Translations under genes and position numbers: made by a program
The notes under the pieces: generated by a model
The model's database searches: none
The model's input: only the letters and a program-made list of their open reading frames with translations
Told to the model about the DNA's origin: nothing
Assembly (NCBI GenBank): GCA_038203565.1
Contig: JBBRDV010000015.1
Coordinates: 1-27,298, forward strand
Direction of reading: 5' to 3'
DNA: 27,298 bases
From: Atribacterota bacterium
GTDB taxonomy: Bacteria; Atribacterota; Phoenicimicrobiia; Phoenicimicrobiales; Phoenicimicrobiaceae
Part shown: positions 8,532 through 17,138 of the stretch, piece by piece
Layout of the letters: each line of letters begins with the position of its first letter
How positions within the stretch are numbered: the first letter of the stretch is position 1

Positions 8532-8758
8532 TATAGCGTTTAGCGTATAGTATATAGTAAAAACAAGTATATAGTATCGAGTATAGAGTATATAGCAATA
8601 AAAATAAGAGAGAGAAAAGTAGTAGGGGCAGACCTTGTGTCTGCCCGCAATAAATATTGTGCTGTAGGGGCTCGATTCATCGAGCCCGAAAGAAAATAAT
8701 CACTGAACGGGGCGGATAAATTCGCCCCCTACAATAAAAAGTAACGATTAACGACTAA
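8532..8758. repeat. Composite array element with three GTAG REPs
   Basis: TATAGYR-type 7-mers 8532-8596, purine linker, REPs 8622-8647 (+), 8664-8688 (+) and 8708-8731 (-), terminal TAACGATTAACGACTAA. Confidence 0.9.
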
Positions 8759-8760
8759 AA

Positions 8761-9387
8761 GTGGGAGGAAGAATAATCTTAAAGGAAAAAGCAAGCATCA
8801 AACGTTTAGGGATAATGGGTGGAGTATTTGACCCCATACATTATGGACATTTATTTACAGCTGAAGAAGCAAGAGTTGAATTTAAATTAGATAAAGTAAT
8901 ATTTGTACCCTGTCGCCAGCCTGCTCACAAAAGAGAAAATGATATATCTGCCCCTGAAGATAGATATTTAATGACAGTCCTGGCCACTAGCAATAACCAA
9001 TTTTTTGAGGTATCCAAAGTTGAACTCAATAGGCCGGGACCTTCTTATTCTACAGACACTGTTAAAGAATTTTTAAAAAAATATAACCATAGTGTGAAAA
9101 TATTTTTTATTACCGGGGCTGATGCTTTTTTAGAGGTAGATTCCTGGTATAAAAGTGAGGAATTAATTAAGCTTTGTCAGTTTGTGGCTGCAACCCGACC
9201 AGGATATGATTTGAATAAATTAGACGAAAAATTTAAAAAAATTATTAAAATTATGGAAATTCCCGCCTTATCTATATCTTCTACTGATATCAGAAGAAGA
9301 GTGAGAGAAGGGAAAAACATAAAATATTTACTCCCCCAAGAAGTGGAAGAATACATCTACAAAAAAGAATTATATCGTAAAATGTAA
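8761..9387 (+). CDS. nadD: Nicotinate-nucleotide adenylyltransferase
   Basis: GIMGGVFDPIHYGH, FITGADA and ISSTDIRRR motifs; nadD-yqeK-rsfS synteny; start codon uncertain. Confidence 0.95.
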   Translation: MGGRIILKEKASIKRLGIMGGVFDPIHYGHLFTAEEARVEFKLDKVIFVPCRQPAHKRENDISAPEDRYLMTVLATSNNQFFEVSKVELNRPGPSYSTDTVKEFLKKYNHSVKIFFITGADAFLEVDSWYKSEELIKLCQFVAATRPGYDLNKLDEKFKKIIKIMEIPALSISSTDIRRRVREGKNIKYLLPQEVEEYIYKKELYRKM

Positions 9388-9421
9388 CATTTAGTGCCTG
9401 GCCCAAAATGTTACATTTTAC
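9377..9421. repeat. 16-bp perfect inverted repeat with a 13-nt loop
   Basis: GTAAAATGTAACATTT (9377-9392) / AAATGTTACATTTTAC (9406-9421). Confidence 0.9.
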
Positions 9422-9449
9422 ACCAGGAGACTCTTAAGACAAGAGATAG

Positions 9450-10031
9450 GTGATGAGAGTGGATATCGATTTAATAAAATTAAAATTAAAAGAGATGTTG
9501 GGCGAAGAGAGATTAGAACACTCGGTTAATACTTCTAAAATTGCCCGTAAATTAGCTCTGAAATATGATTATGACACAGATAAAGCCGAAGTTGCTGGAT
9601 TATTACATGATTGTGCCAAAGATTTAGATTATAAAACTTTGGAAAAGATGGTTTTAGAATATAATATTGAACTTGATGAAATGGTTCAAAAAATTCCTAA
9701 ATTATTACACCCTTTAGTAGGGGTAGTTATTGCCAGAAAGGAATTTAACATTCAAGATCCTGTTATTTTAAAAGCAATACAAACACACAGTACCGGTGCA
9801 GCTCAAATGTCCCTTTTAGATAAGATAATTTATCTAAGTGATAAGATTGAACCTTTAAGGAACATGAACGGAATAGAAGAAGTAAGAAAAATGGCAGAAA
9901 TAGATTTAGATAGAGCAGTCTTAATGGCTCTGGATAAAGGATTACTTTATCTGATAAGTAAAAATTTATTCATTCATCCAATTTCTATTGAAGCCAGGAA
10001 CAATATCCTAAGTAAGGTGGTTTTTATTTAA
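9450..10031 (+). CDS. yqeK: HD-domain Ap4A hydrolase, YqeK family
   Basis: RLEHS, AGLLHDCAK, HSTG and LDKIIYLSDKIEP motifs; follows nadD. Confidence 0.9.
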   Translation: MMRVDIDLIKLKLKEMLGEERLEHSVNTSKIARKLALKYDYDTDKAEVAGLLHDCAKDLDYKTLEKMVLEYNIELDEMVQKIPKLLHPLVGVVIARKEFNIQDPVILKAIQTHSTGAAQMSLLDKIIYLSDKIEPLRNMNGIEEVRKMAEIDLDRAVLMALDKGLLYLISKNLFIHPISIEARNNILSKVVFI

Positions 10032-11215
10032 TGTATGAAAATAATTTAGGGGAAAGCATAAGAAGGAACAAAAAAAGAGAGTTGAAAAAGAAAAAAGAAA
10101 GAAAAGTAATCTTGATTATATTTTCTGTCCTATTATTTGCTGCCCTATTTTTTTTATTAGAATATTTTGGGATATTTCCCTACAGCTCTGATATAATGTC
10201 TTGCAATCGAGTGAATATCTTAATTGTGGGCTGTGACGAGACTGAAAACCACGGACGTGCGGATACTATTGTTTTTTTAAGCATTTCTCCAAAGACTAAA
10301 GATGCCCTTATCCTGTCCATTCCCAGAGATACCAGGGTGGAAATTCCAGGAAGAGGAATGGACAAAATAAATCATGCCTATGCTTTTGGAGGAGAAAGCT
10401 TGATATCTGAAACTGTCAGTTCTTTTTTAGATGTACCGATTCATTTTTATGCAGTGGCAGATTTTAACGGATTTGTTTATATTATTGATGAGTTAGGCGG
10501 GGTAGAGATTGATGTAGAAAAAGAGATGTATTATGTGGATAAGGCAGGAGGGGTGGAAATAAATCTTCACCCGGGGAAGCAAATATTAGATGGGGAAAAA
10601 GCCTTGCAATACATAAGATTCAGGTACGATAAATTGGGAGATTTAGGCCGAATAAAAAGGCAACAAAAATTAGCCTTAGCTGTAATAAAAAAATTGATAA
10701 ACTTTGATTCTATAATTAAAATTCCCCAGATATCTGAAGGGATGAAAGAATATATAGAGACTAATATAGAAGTACGAGATACTGTTGCCTTAGCTAATTT
10801 GTTCAGAGGCGTAAATCAAGAAAAGTTTAGGATGGATACTGTTCAGAGCAAACCAGTTTACATTAAGGGAATCAGTTATTTAGAACCAAACGTGGAAGAA
10901 GTACAGCAAAGAGTGAAATCACTGATCTATAGTAAAAATAGCGGGATGAAAGTCGAAGTTTTAAATGGAAATTCAATGATGGGTACTGCCCATAAAATAG
11001 CCCAAGATTTAGAATTACAGGGATTTGAAATCGTAAATGTTGGTAATGCCGATAATTTTAATTACCAGCAAACTAAAATTATAGTTTATTCAAAAGAGGT
11101 AAATTTAGATAATCAATTTAAAGAATTGTTTAAAGATTTTGAGATGGTTAAAGAATACCAAGACCAGGCTAATTTAGATTTAGTTATAATATTGGGGAAG
11201 GATATGGCAAATTAA
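10031..11215 (+). CDS. LCP (LytR-CpsA-Psr) family protein with C-terminal LytR_C domain
   Basis: TM anchor; RADTI, LSIPRDT, KINHAYA, YIRFR and GRIKRQQ motifs; C-terminal VEVLNG...VIILGKD. Confidence 0.93.
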   Translation: MYENNLGESIRRNKKRELKKKKERKVILIIFSVLLFAALFFLLEYFGIFPYSSDIMSCNRVNILIVGCDETENHGRADTIVFLSISPKTKDALILSIPRDTRVEIPGRGMDKINHAYAFGGESLISETVSSFLDVPIHFYAVADFNGFVYIIDELGGVEIDVEKEMYYVDKAGGVEINLHPGKQILDGEKALQYIRFRYDKLGDLGRIKRQQKLALAVIKKLINFDSIIKIPQISEGMKEYIETNIEVRDTVALANLFRGVNQEKFRMDTVQSKPVYIKGISYLEPNVEEVQQRVKSLIYSKNSGMKVEVLNGNSMMGTAHKIAQDLELQGFEIVNVGNADNFNYQQTKIIVYSKEVNLDNQFKELFKDFEMVKEYQDQANLDLVIILGKDMAN

Positions 11216-11225
11216 AAAAAGGTGG

Positions 11226-11612
11226 GTGATGTTTTTGAATAAAAATTCACTGGCTATTGCAAAAATAGCTGTAGTTGCTGCCGAAGATAAAAAAGCAAAA
11301 GATACAGTAATATTGAACCTAGGCAAATTGACTCTGATTGCTGATTATTTTGTAATCACCAGTGGTGATTCAGAGCCTCAATTAAAGGCAATAAGTATTT
11401 TTATTATGAGGAAATTAAAAGAAAATAAAATTAGATTATTGCATTATGAAGGCAAGCCTGAAACAGGATGGATATTATTAGATTACGGTGATGTGATAGT
11501 TCATATATTTTCTAAAGAGAAAAGGGATTTTTATGACCTGGAATATATTTGGCAGGAAGCAAAGAAAATTCGTTTATTAAAAAGAAAGAAAATAATAAAG
11601 GAGGAAAAGTAA
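11226..11612 (+). CDS. rsfS: Ribosome silencing factor
   Basis: DKKAKD, ADYFVI, WILLDYGDVIVHIF and RDFYDLEYIW motifs. Confidence 0.95.
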   Translation: MMFLNKNSLAIAKIAVVAAEDKKAKDTVILNLGKLTLIADYFVITSGDSEPQLKAISIFIMRKLKENKIRLLHYEGKPETGWILLDYGDVIVHIFSKEKRDFYDLEYIWQEAKKIRLLKRKKIIKEEK

Positions 11613-11983
11613 TGAGTGCGAGTGAAGAAGGTAAGGGAAATTGGGTTTTCGGATTAATCATATTAGCGGTTGGTATCATATTTATAGTTGAGAATTTCAC
11701 TGATTTAGAAATATGGGGAAGAGTATGGAATCTGTGGCCAGTAATTTTACTTATTTGGGGAATTAAAGAAATTTGGCAAAATAAATCCATTTTTTTTGGG
11801 GTAATATTAATAGCTATAGGAACCATTTTTTTAGCTAAATATTTTTTCAGTTTTGAAGTATCTGAAAATATCTGGAAATATTGGCCAATATTAATAATTG
11901 CCCTGGGAATCGATCGAATTTTTAAATCTTTTGGAGGAGTTAGAGCCAAAATTAAGAGGAAAGTAAAAGAAGAAGAAATATAA
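11612..11983 (+). CDS. Small membrane protein with two LiaF/DUF5668-like repeats
   Basis: ATG 11612 after AAGGAGG, overlapping the rsfS stop; duplicated WNLWPVILLIWGI / WKYWPILIIALGI. Confidence 0.75.
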   Translation: MSASEEGKGNWVFGLIILAVGIIFIVENFTDLEIWGRVWNLWPVILLIWGIKEIWQNKSIFFGVILIAIGTIFLAKYFFSFEVSENIWKYWPILIIALGIDRIFKSFGGVRAKIKRKVKEEEI

Positions 11984-13060
11984 TTACTTTTTGTCTACTT
12001 CTTGTTGCTGTCGTCGTTTCTTGTTTTTTACTCTTTTAATTTCTACCAAAAGGACTATAGCTCCGATACACAAATTAAAGTAAAAGACTATAAATCTCCA
12101 AGTCCCTACAAAGAGACCTAGAAGGTGAAAAGGAACAAAGAAAGAAAATAATGAGGCAAAACCTGCTTCTGCTGTCCCGCTGCCACCCGGAGTAGGCATA
12201 AAAGGTAAAATAAAATAGAATATAACTTGTATTACTAATACATGGGAGAAATTAAAGTGTAGGTTAAATCCCCAAAGAAGCAGGGGGGCTACCAGGAAAA
12301 AAGTGCCCCAATAGATAATTGTATAGAGGGTAGATAATAGTAGTTTAATCCAATTTTCTTTTAGTAAAGAAAAACTCTTGTGAAATTCTTTGATTTCCAG
12401 GATTACTCTATTGAATAATTGTGATATTTGTTCTTTTCTTGAAAACTTCGAGATACAGGGTAAATGTTGAATTTTAGAGATTATTCCTGACATCTTCTCG
12501 GGGCATTTTACTGCCAAGATAAATAAAAAGAGAAGAAACAGAGAAATTAAGATAACTCCGTTGATAAGGATGGCAGAAAGAATGGTATAATTAGTTATTG
12601 TTCTTTTAAAGGTAAAAAAGATGATAGGGGTAAAAATGGTAAAAACTATGGTCTTAGTCAGAGGCATAATAGTGGCAACCATAGTAGCCTTACCTAAAGT
12701 CATCTTATTTTTTATATCTTTATTAAATAGATATAGTTGAGCGGGTAGGGTACCGGAGAAGAAAGGGGTTACACCACCGGCAAAGTTACTAATATAGTAC
12801 ACTTTTAGGGCTTCGGTAAAAGTAATATTTTCATTAACTGTTTCTACGGTCATTTTTATTCTGAGAGCATCTATCACTGCAGTAAATACCATTAGAACAA
12901 AAGCTAAGAAGAGGTATTTTTTATTAACATAAGATAAACTTATCCAGGTATCCTGGTTAGTAGTAACAAAAATAATAATTAAGGCAGTTATGGCACCGAT
13001 AAATATAGAAATACCCAATCCTTTGAGTAATCTTTTTTTATCTAAAATCAATTCATCCAA
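11984..13060 (-). CDS. Lysylphosphatidylglycerol synthase TM / flippase-like (UPF0104) protein
   Basis: Multi-TM protein with VTPFFSG and PTPGGSGTAEAGF...WRF motifs. Confidence 0.85.
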   Translation of the reverse strand: MDELILDKKRLLKGLGISIFIGAITALIIIFVTTNQDTWISLSYVNKKYLFLAFVLMVFTAVIDALRIKMTVETVNENITFTEALKVYYISNFAGGVTPFFSGTLPAQLYLFNKDIKNKMTLGKATMVATIMPLTKTIVFTIFTPIIFFTFKRTITNYTILSAILINGVILISLFLLFLFILAVKCPEKMSGIISKIQHLPCISKFSRKEQISQLFNRVILEIKEFHKSFSLLKENWIKLLLSTLYTIIYWGTFFLVAPLLLWGFNLHFNFSHVLVIQVIFYFILPFMPTPGGSGTAEAGFASLFSFFVPFHLLGLFVGTWRFIVFYFNLCIGAIVLLVEIKRVKNKKRRQQQEVDKK

Positions 13061-13084
13061 AAAGTCATTCGCTCCTTGATTTGT

Positions 13085-13264
13085 AATTCACCAATTAATC
13101 AATTTACCGATTTGCCAATTCACCGATTCACCAATTAATTTAATCTACTAGTCTACCGGTCAACCAGTCCGCCGGTCTTCCGGTCAATACGTCAGGTAAT
13201 ACGTCATTTCAAACTTTCGTTAAATTTAAAACTTGCAACTCGTAACTTGAAACTTGCAACCTAT
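13085..13264. repeat. Composite array element
   Basis: RATTYACC-type 8-mers 13085-13137, RGTCNNCC-type 8-mers, AATACGTCA twice, AACTTGC-type 7-mers ending in AACCTAT. Confidence 0.88.
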
Positions 13265-13410
13265 AAATTAAAGTATAGCATGTTTTCATTTTTATTTAAA
13301 ATTATACTAAAAGGTGTGTTTTTCAAAAATGTTCCTATTTATTATATTTCAGAGTATAATAAATGAAGCACTAATTAGAATATTAAATTGTTTAAAAGGA
13401 AAAAACATTA

Positions 13411-13749
13411 ATGAAAGGAACTATAGTAAATGTAATTGCCATTTTTTTAGGGTGTTCTGTGGGATTTATTTTGAAGAGTAGATTTCCTGAAAAGATTGGG
13501 AAGATTGTAATGCAAGCCTTGGGGTTAGCTTCCTTATTGATTGGTGCACAGATGGCCCTCAAAACGAACAATATTTTATTGGTCATTTTTTCCCTGGTAA
13601 TTGGTGGAGTGATCGGGGAGATAATAGGCATTGAAGAAGGTCTGGAAAGATTTGGGGAAAGAGTTAAGCTAAAATTTAAAAGCAATGATACCTCAGAAAG
13701 ATTTGTAGAGGGATTTGTAACTGCCAGCTTGTTATATTCGTTTTATTGA
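13411..13749 (+). pseudogene. 3'-truncated DUF554 (YqgA-like) membrane protein
   Basis: GTIVNVIAI...SLVIGGVIGE...FVEGFVTASLLY matches the N-terminal half of DUF554; stops at 112 aa, roughly half the usual length. Confidence 0.75.
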
Positions 13750-13803
13750 TTAGTGGATTGTTTAGTTGTATAATTGATTAAATCGCTATAATCAATCGAA
13801 TTA
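13736..13803. repeat. Degenerate ATTGWTTA-like array with an internal inverted repeat
   Basis: ATTGATTA, ATTGTTTA, GTTGTATA and ATTGATTA units, then complementary TAATCAAT. Confidence 0.55.
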
Positions 13804-13860
13804 AAAAATATATAATTTAAGTATTAATTAATTAATTTAAAGTATTGGAGGTTGTATAAG

Positions 13861-15060
13861 ATGCAAAAAAAGACTATTAAAGATTTGAATAAAAATCAAT
13901 TAGAAGGTAAAAGGGTTCTGGTAAGAGTTGATTTTAATGTTCCTCTAAACGAAAAATTAGAGATTACTGACGATACGAAAATAAAAGCAGTCCTTTCCAC
14001 TATTAAATATTTAACCTCTCATCAAGCGAAAGTAATTTTGATGAGCCATTTGGGTCGTCCCAAAGGGAAAGTGATTGAGAAATTAAGATTAGATGCAGTG
14101 GCCAAAAGATTGAGCGAATTATTAGAACAGGAAGTTAAAAAACTTAATGATTGTATCGGAGAAGAAGTAGAAAAGATTGTTTTAAATATGCGAAAGGGTG
14201 AAGTTGTCTTATTGGAAAATTTAAGATTTCATCCGGAAGAGGAAAAAAATGATTACGAATTTTCTAAAAAATTAGCCAATTTAGCTGATATTTTTGTGAA
14301 TGATGCCTTTGGCACAGCTCACCGAGCTCATGCTTCTACTGTTGGTGTGGCCAGAATGTTGCCATCTTATGCCGGATTTTTGATGGCTAGAGAAATAGAG
14401 GTGTTGAGCAATTTATTGGAGAATCCCGAAAGACCTTTTGTGGTGCTATTGGGAGGAGCAAAGGTATCCGGAAAAATAGAGGTTGTCCAGAATTTATTAA
14501 CCATTGCAGATAGAATATTGATTGCCGGCGGAATGAGCTATACCAGTTTGGCTGCTTTAGGTTATGAGGTAGGTAATTCACTGTTAGAAGAATATGACTT
14601 GGAAATAGTTAAAAAGATGTTAAAGGAGGCGGAAGAAAAAGGCAATAAAATACTTTTACCGGTTGATTTAGTAATAACTAAAGAGGTATTAGAAAAGGCC
14701 GAAAGTAAACTGTTTGAAATAGATAATATTCCTAAAGATGGCATCGGGGTGGATTTAGGTGAGAGGTCTTTAATTAAATTTGAGGAGGAGATTAAAAAAG
14801 CGAAGACTGTATTCTGGAATGGACCAGTGGGAGTATTTGAAATAAAAAAATATGCTAAAGGGACCAATAGAATAGCAAAAATATTGGCAGATATGCAGGG
14901 GAAGGCTGTAACTATAATTGGCGGTGGAGATTCTATTGCTGCAATTAAAAATGCTGGGTTAGCAGAGAAGATGACTCATATTTCTACCGGTGGAGGAGCT
15001 TCTTTAGAATTTTTAGGCGGGAAAAAACTTCCTGGTATAGAGGTTTTACCAGAAAAATAA
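13861..15060 (+). CDS. pgk: Phosphoglycerate kinase
   Basis: [33 protein letters not shown] and [11 protein letters not shown] motifs; ATG 13861 is 9 nt after GGAGG. Confidence 0.98.
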   Translation: MQKKTIKDLNKNQLEGKRVLVRVDFNVPLNEKLEITDDTKIKAVLSTIKYLTSHQAKVILMSHLGRPKGKVIEKLRLDAVAKRLSELLEQEVKKLNDCIGEEVEKIVLNMRKGEVVLLENLRFHPEEEKNDYEFSKKLANLADIFVNDAFGTAHRAHASTVGVARMLPSYAGFLMAREIEVLSNLLENPERPFVVLLGGAKVSGKIEVVQNLLTIADRILIAGGMSYTSLAALGYEVGNSLLEEYDLEIVKKMLKEAEEKGNKILLPVDLVITKEVLEKAESKLFEIDNIPKDGIGVDLGERSLIKFEEEIKKAKTVFWNGPVGVFEIKKYAKGTNRIAKILADMQGKAVTIIGGGDSIAAIKNAGLAEKMTHISTGGGASLEFLGGKKLPGIEVLPEK

Positions 15061-15106
15061 AAATATATTTTAATCAAAATTATGGGAAACGGTTTTTAAT
15101 TTATCT

Positions 15107-15628
15107 TTAAGAATCATTCCCTGATTCGATAAGAGAGAATTTTATAATTTTTTTCGTCATTCTTTGCCAGTGAGTTCCTCTCCAGTAATATTTTTTACAA
15201 GAAGGACAATAAACAAACTTGTTTTGAGTTAAAAATACATAAGGAGGTACATGGGTTTTAACTTCTTTTTTATCGATATCTTTGGTGGGGGTGTTGCATA
15301 GAGAGCAACGAGAAAATATTTTTGAATTAAGATCAATTTCTAATTTTAACCCCTTTATTATCCCTGCTAACTGCTCTTCCCAGTGATCACTCCTAATAAA
15401 CAAGAAATCACAGATATTTCGTCTTTTAATCAGATTAACGTCTCTGGTAAGCAGTATTCTTCCTTCTTGCCGTGCAGTTAGGATAAGAGATAAATCATTA
15501 TCGAAGGAAGGATAAGCGGTATCGTAGCCTAAGATGCGCAGCCATTTAACTAATTTACCCAACATTCTATCAGCTAAAAATTTTATTTCTTCTTCTTTTT
15601 TTTCTTCTATATTATTATTTCCCCTCAT
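15107..15628 (-). CDS. Mut7-C RNase domain (PIN-like, DUF82) protein
   Basis: FLADRMLGKLVKWLRILGYDT, RILLTRD and zinc ribbon RCSLCN...CPSCKKYYWRGTH. Confidence 0.9.
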   Translation of the reverse strand: MRGNNNIEEKKEEEIKFLADRMLGKLVKWLRILGYDTAYPSFDNDLSLILTARQEGRILLTRDVNLIKRRNICDFLFIRSDHWEEQLAGIIKGLKLEIDLNSKIFSRCSLCNTPTKDIDKKEVKTHVPPYVFLTQNKFVYCPSCKKYYWRGTHWQRMTKKIIKFSLIESGNDS

Positions 15629-15742
15629 GTTTCTATATTAAACTTATTCTTAAAATATTTAACTTTTCTTTTTTAATTTATTTGTCATATGATTATAAAT
15701 TAACTAAAAAAATATCTCTAAATTATTATACCACGCTATTAT

Positions 15743-16013
15743 TTAGTTAGCCAGTTAATAAGTCGTTAGTATGTAGTATATCGTATATCGTATATCCGAA
15801 GCGTAAAGCGAAAAACGCAAAACTGAATTCGTATCTCGTATTGTGTATTGCGTATTACGTTCAGATTTAAATGACAAAAAGAAAGAGAAAACCCGCAATC
15901 TGGAAGATAACTATTTACTTGTCACATATTACCCATCACCGTTTCTCTCTGTTTTATGGCTCCTATTACTATTTTCTTCACGATATACGATATACGATAT
16001 ACGATATACGAGA
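15743..16013. repeat. Composite inverted array element
   Basis: Left arm AGTTAGCC, TAAGTCG, TATCGTA, AAAGCG/AAAACG and CGTATY 7-mer blocks; purine/pyrimidine inner stem; right arm (CGATATA)4CGAGA at 15981-16013. Confidence 0.92.
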
Positions 16014-16017
16014 GAGC

Positions 16018-16068
16018 TTGACAATTAAGATATTTAGTTATATTATTTATATACCCCCATAGGGTATA
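16018..16068 (+). promoter_or_regulatory. Sigma70-type promoter with CsoR-like operator
   Basis: TTGACA (16018-16023)-17 nt-TATTAT (16041-16046); TATACCCCCATAGGGTATA (16050-16068), a C/G-tract inverted repeat typical of CsoR/RcnR operators. Confidence 0.8.
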
Positions 16069-16097
16069 AAATAAATATAGGGTAAATTGTTGCCATT

Positions 16098-16382
16098 ATG
16101 AATGATTCAAGCTTTAATCAATTGAAAAAAATAAAAATGTTAAGTCGATTAAAAAGGATAGAAGGTCAGATCAGAGGTATCCAGGGGATGATTATTGAAG
16201 AAAGGCCCTGTTCAGATATTATGGTTCAAATAACAGCGGCTAAATCAGCTCTTAATCAAGTAAGTAAATTAATTTTGGAAAACCATGTTAATTTCTGGTT
16301 TGATTCATCTGTTTCTTCTGATGATATTTCTCAGGAGATGGTTTCCGAGGTAATGGACCTGATATTAAGGTTTGTAAAGTAA
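16098..16382 (+). CDS. CsoR/RcnR-family transcriptional repressor
   Basis: RLKRIEGQIRGIQGM...C.DIMVQITAAKSAL...LENH; adjacent operator-like palindrome. Confidence 0.9.
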   Translation: MNDSSFNQLKKIKMLSRLKRIEGQIRGIQGMIIEERPCSDIMVQITAAKSALNQVSKLILENHVNFWFDSSVSSDDISQEMVSEVMDLILRFVK

Positions 16383-16515
16383 GAAGCCATTACTTTAATT
16401 AGATAAGTATGGTAAAATTAATAATCAAGAAGCCAGGAGCCAAAATAAAACAAATAAGATTCAAAGGAGAACCATTTCTTAATTTTGGATTAATTATACC
16501 GATTATTTGAGTCAA

Positions 16516-16545
16516 TTGACAATTATTTATATTATAAATTATAAT
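16516..16545 (+). promoter_or_regulatory. Sigma70-type promoter for mcsA-mcsB-clpC-radA
   Basis: TTGACA-18 nt-TATAAT. Confidence 0.65.
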
Positions 16546-16604
16546 TTAATGGGATTTAAGAAAGTGGGAAATAATGAGAAATATTGGAGGAAAATTAGAT
16601 ATAA

Positions 16605-17138
16605 ATGTTATGCCAAATATGCAAGACAAAAGAAGCTGCCATAACTTTCACTAAAATCGTTGGAGGGCAAAAAACAGAGATTCATCTATGCAAAGATTGC
16701 GCCTCTACCTTTAGTGATAAATTTTCCATATTTCCTCTTCCCCAGTTTGACATTAATGATCTATTGGCTGACCTGTTAAATGCTATAGATCTTTACCACA
16801 AGGAGGAAGGGGTTATTTCGGGTAAAAAAATAGAGTGCAGCAATTGCCATTTGACCTATGATGAGTTTAAGCAATCTGGAAAATTAGGCTGTAGTGTCTG
16901 TTATCACGATTTCAGAGAACAATTGACCCCTCTTTTAAGAAGGTTGCATGGAAATAGTGAACATCTGGGGAAAATACCGCGACAATCTAAGGGTAAATTG
17001 AATAAAATTAGGAAAATCAAACAACTCAGGAAGGAATTGCAAAAACTGGTATTAAAGGAAGAGTACGAGAAGGCAGCAAAGACAAGAGATGAAATATTGA
17101 AGCTTGAAGGAGTATTAAAGAAAAAGAATGCAAAATAA
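16605..17138 (+). CDS. mcsA: Protein-arginine kinase activator
   Basis: Four CXXC motifs and a C-terminal UVR domain (EEYEKAAKTRDEI). Confidence 0.93.
   Translation: MLCQICKTKEAAITFTKIVGGQKTEIHLCKDCASTFSDKFSIFPLPQFDINDLLADLLNAIDLYHKEEGVISGKKIECSNCHLTYDEFKQSGKLGCSVCYHDFREQLTPLLRRLHGNSEHLGKIPRQSKGKLNKIRKIKQLRKELQKLVLKEEYEKAAKTRDEILKLEGVLKKKNAK

Noticed and set aside
8314..8598. Minus-strand 94-aa ORF
   Set aside because: Starts in a heptamer array (LYTLYSILY) and is antisense to the TPR gene.
15107..15628. Mut7-C gene as a toxin-antitoxin or defence module
   Set aside because: No adjacent antitoxin or defence genes; stand-alone members are common.
15843..16062. Short ORFs 15843-16028 and 15871-16062 as element cargo
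   Set aside because: They run through (CGATATA)n and the CsoR-family promoter, giving YTIYDIR-type repeat peptides, with no convincing SD or family similarity.
16500..16560. CtsR box at the mcsA promoter
   Set aside because: Only one AGTCAAT half-site-like sequence; no RGTCAAA direct repeat.
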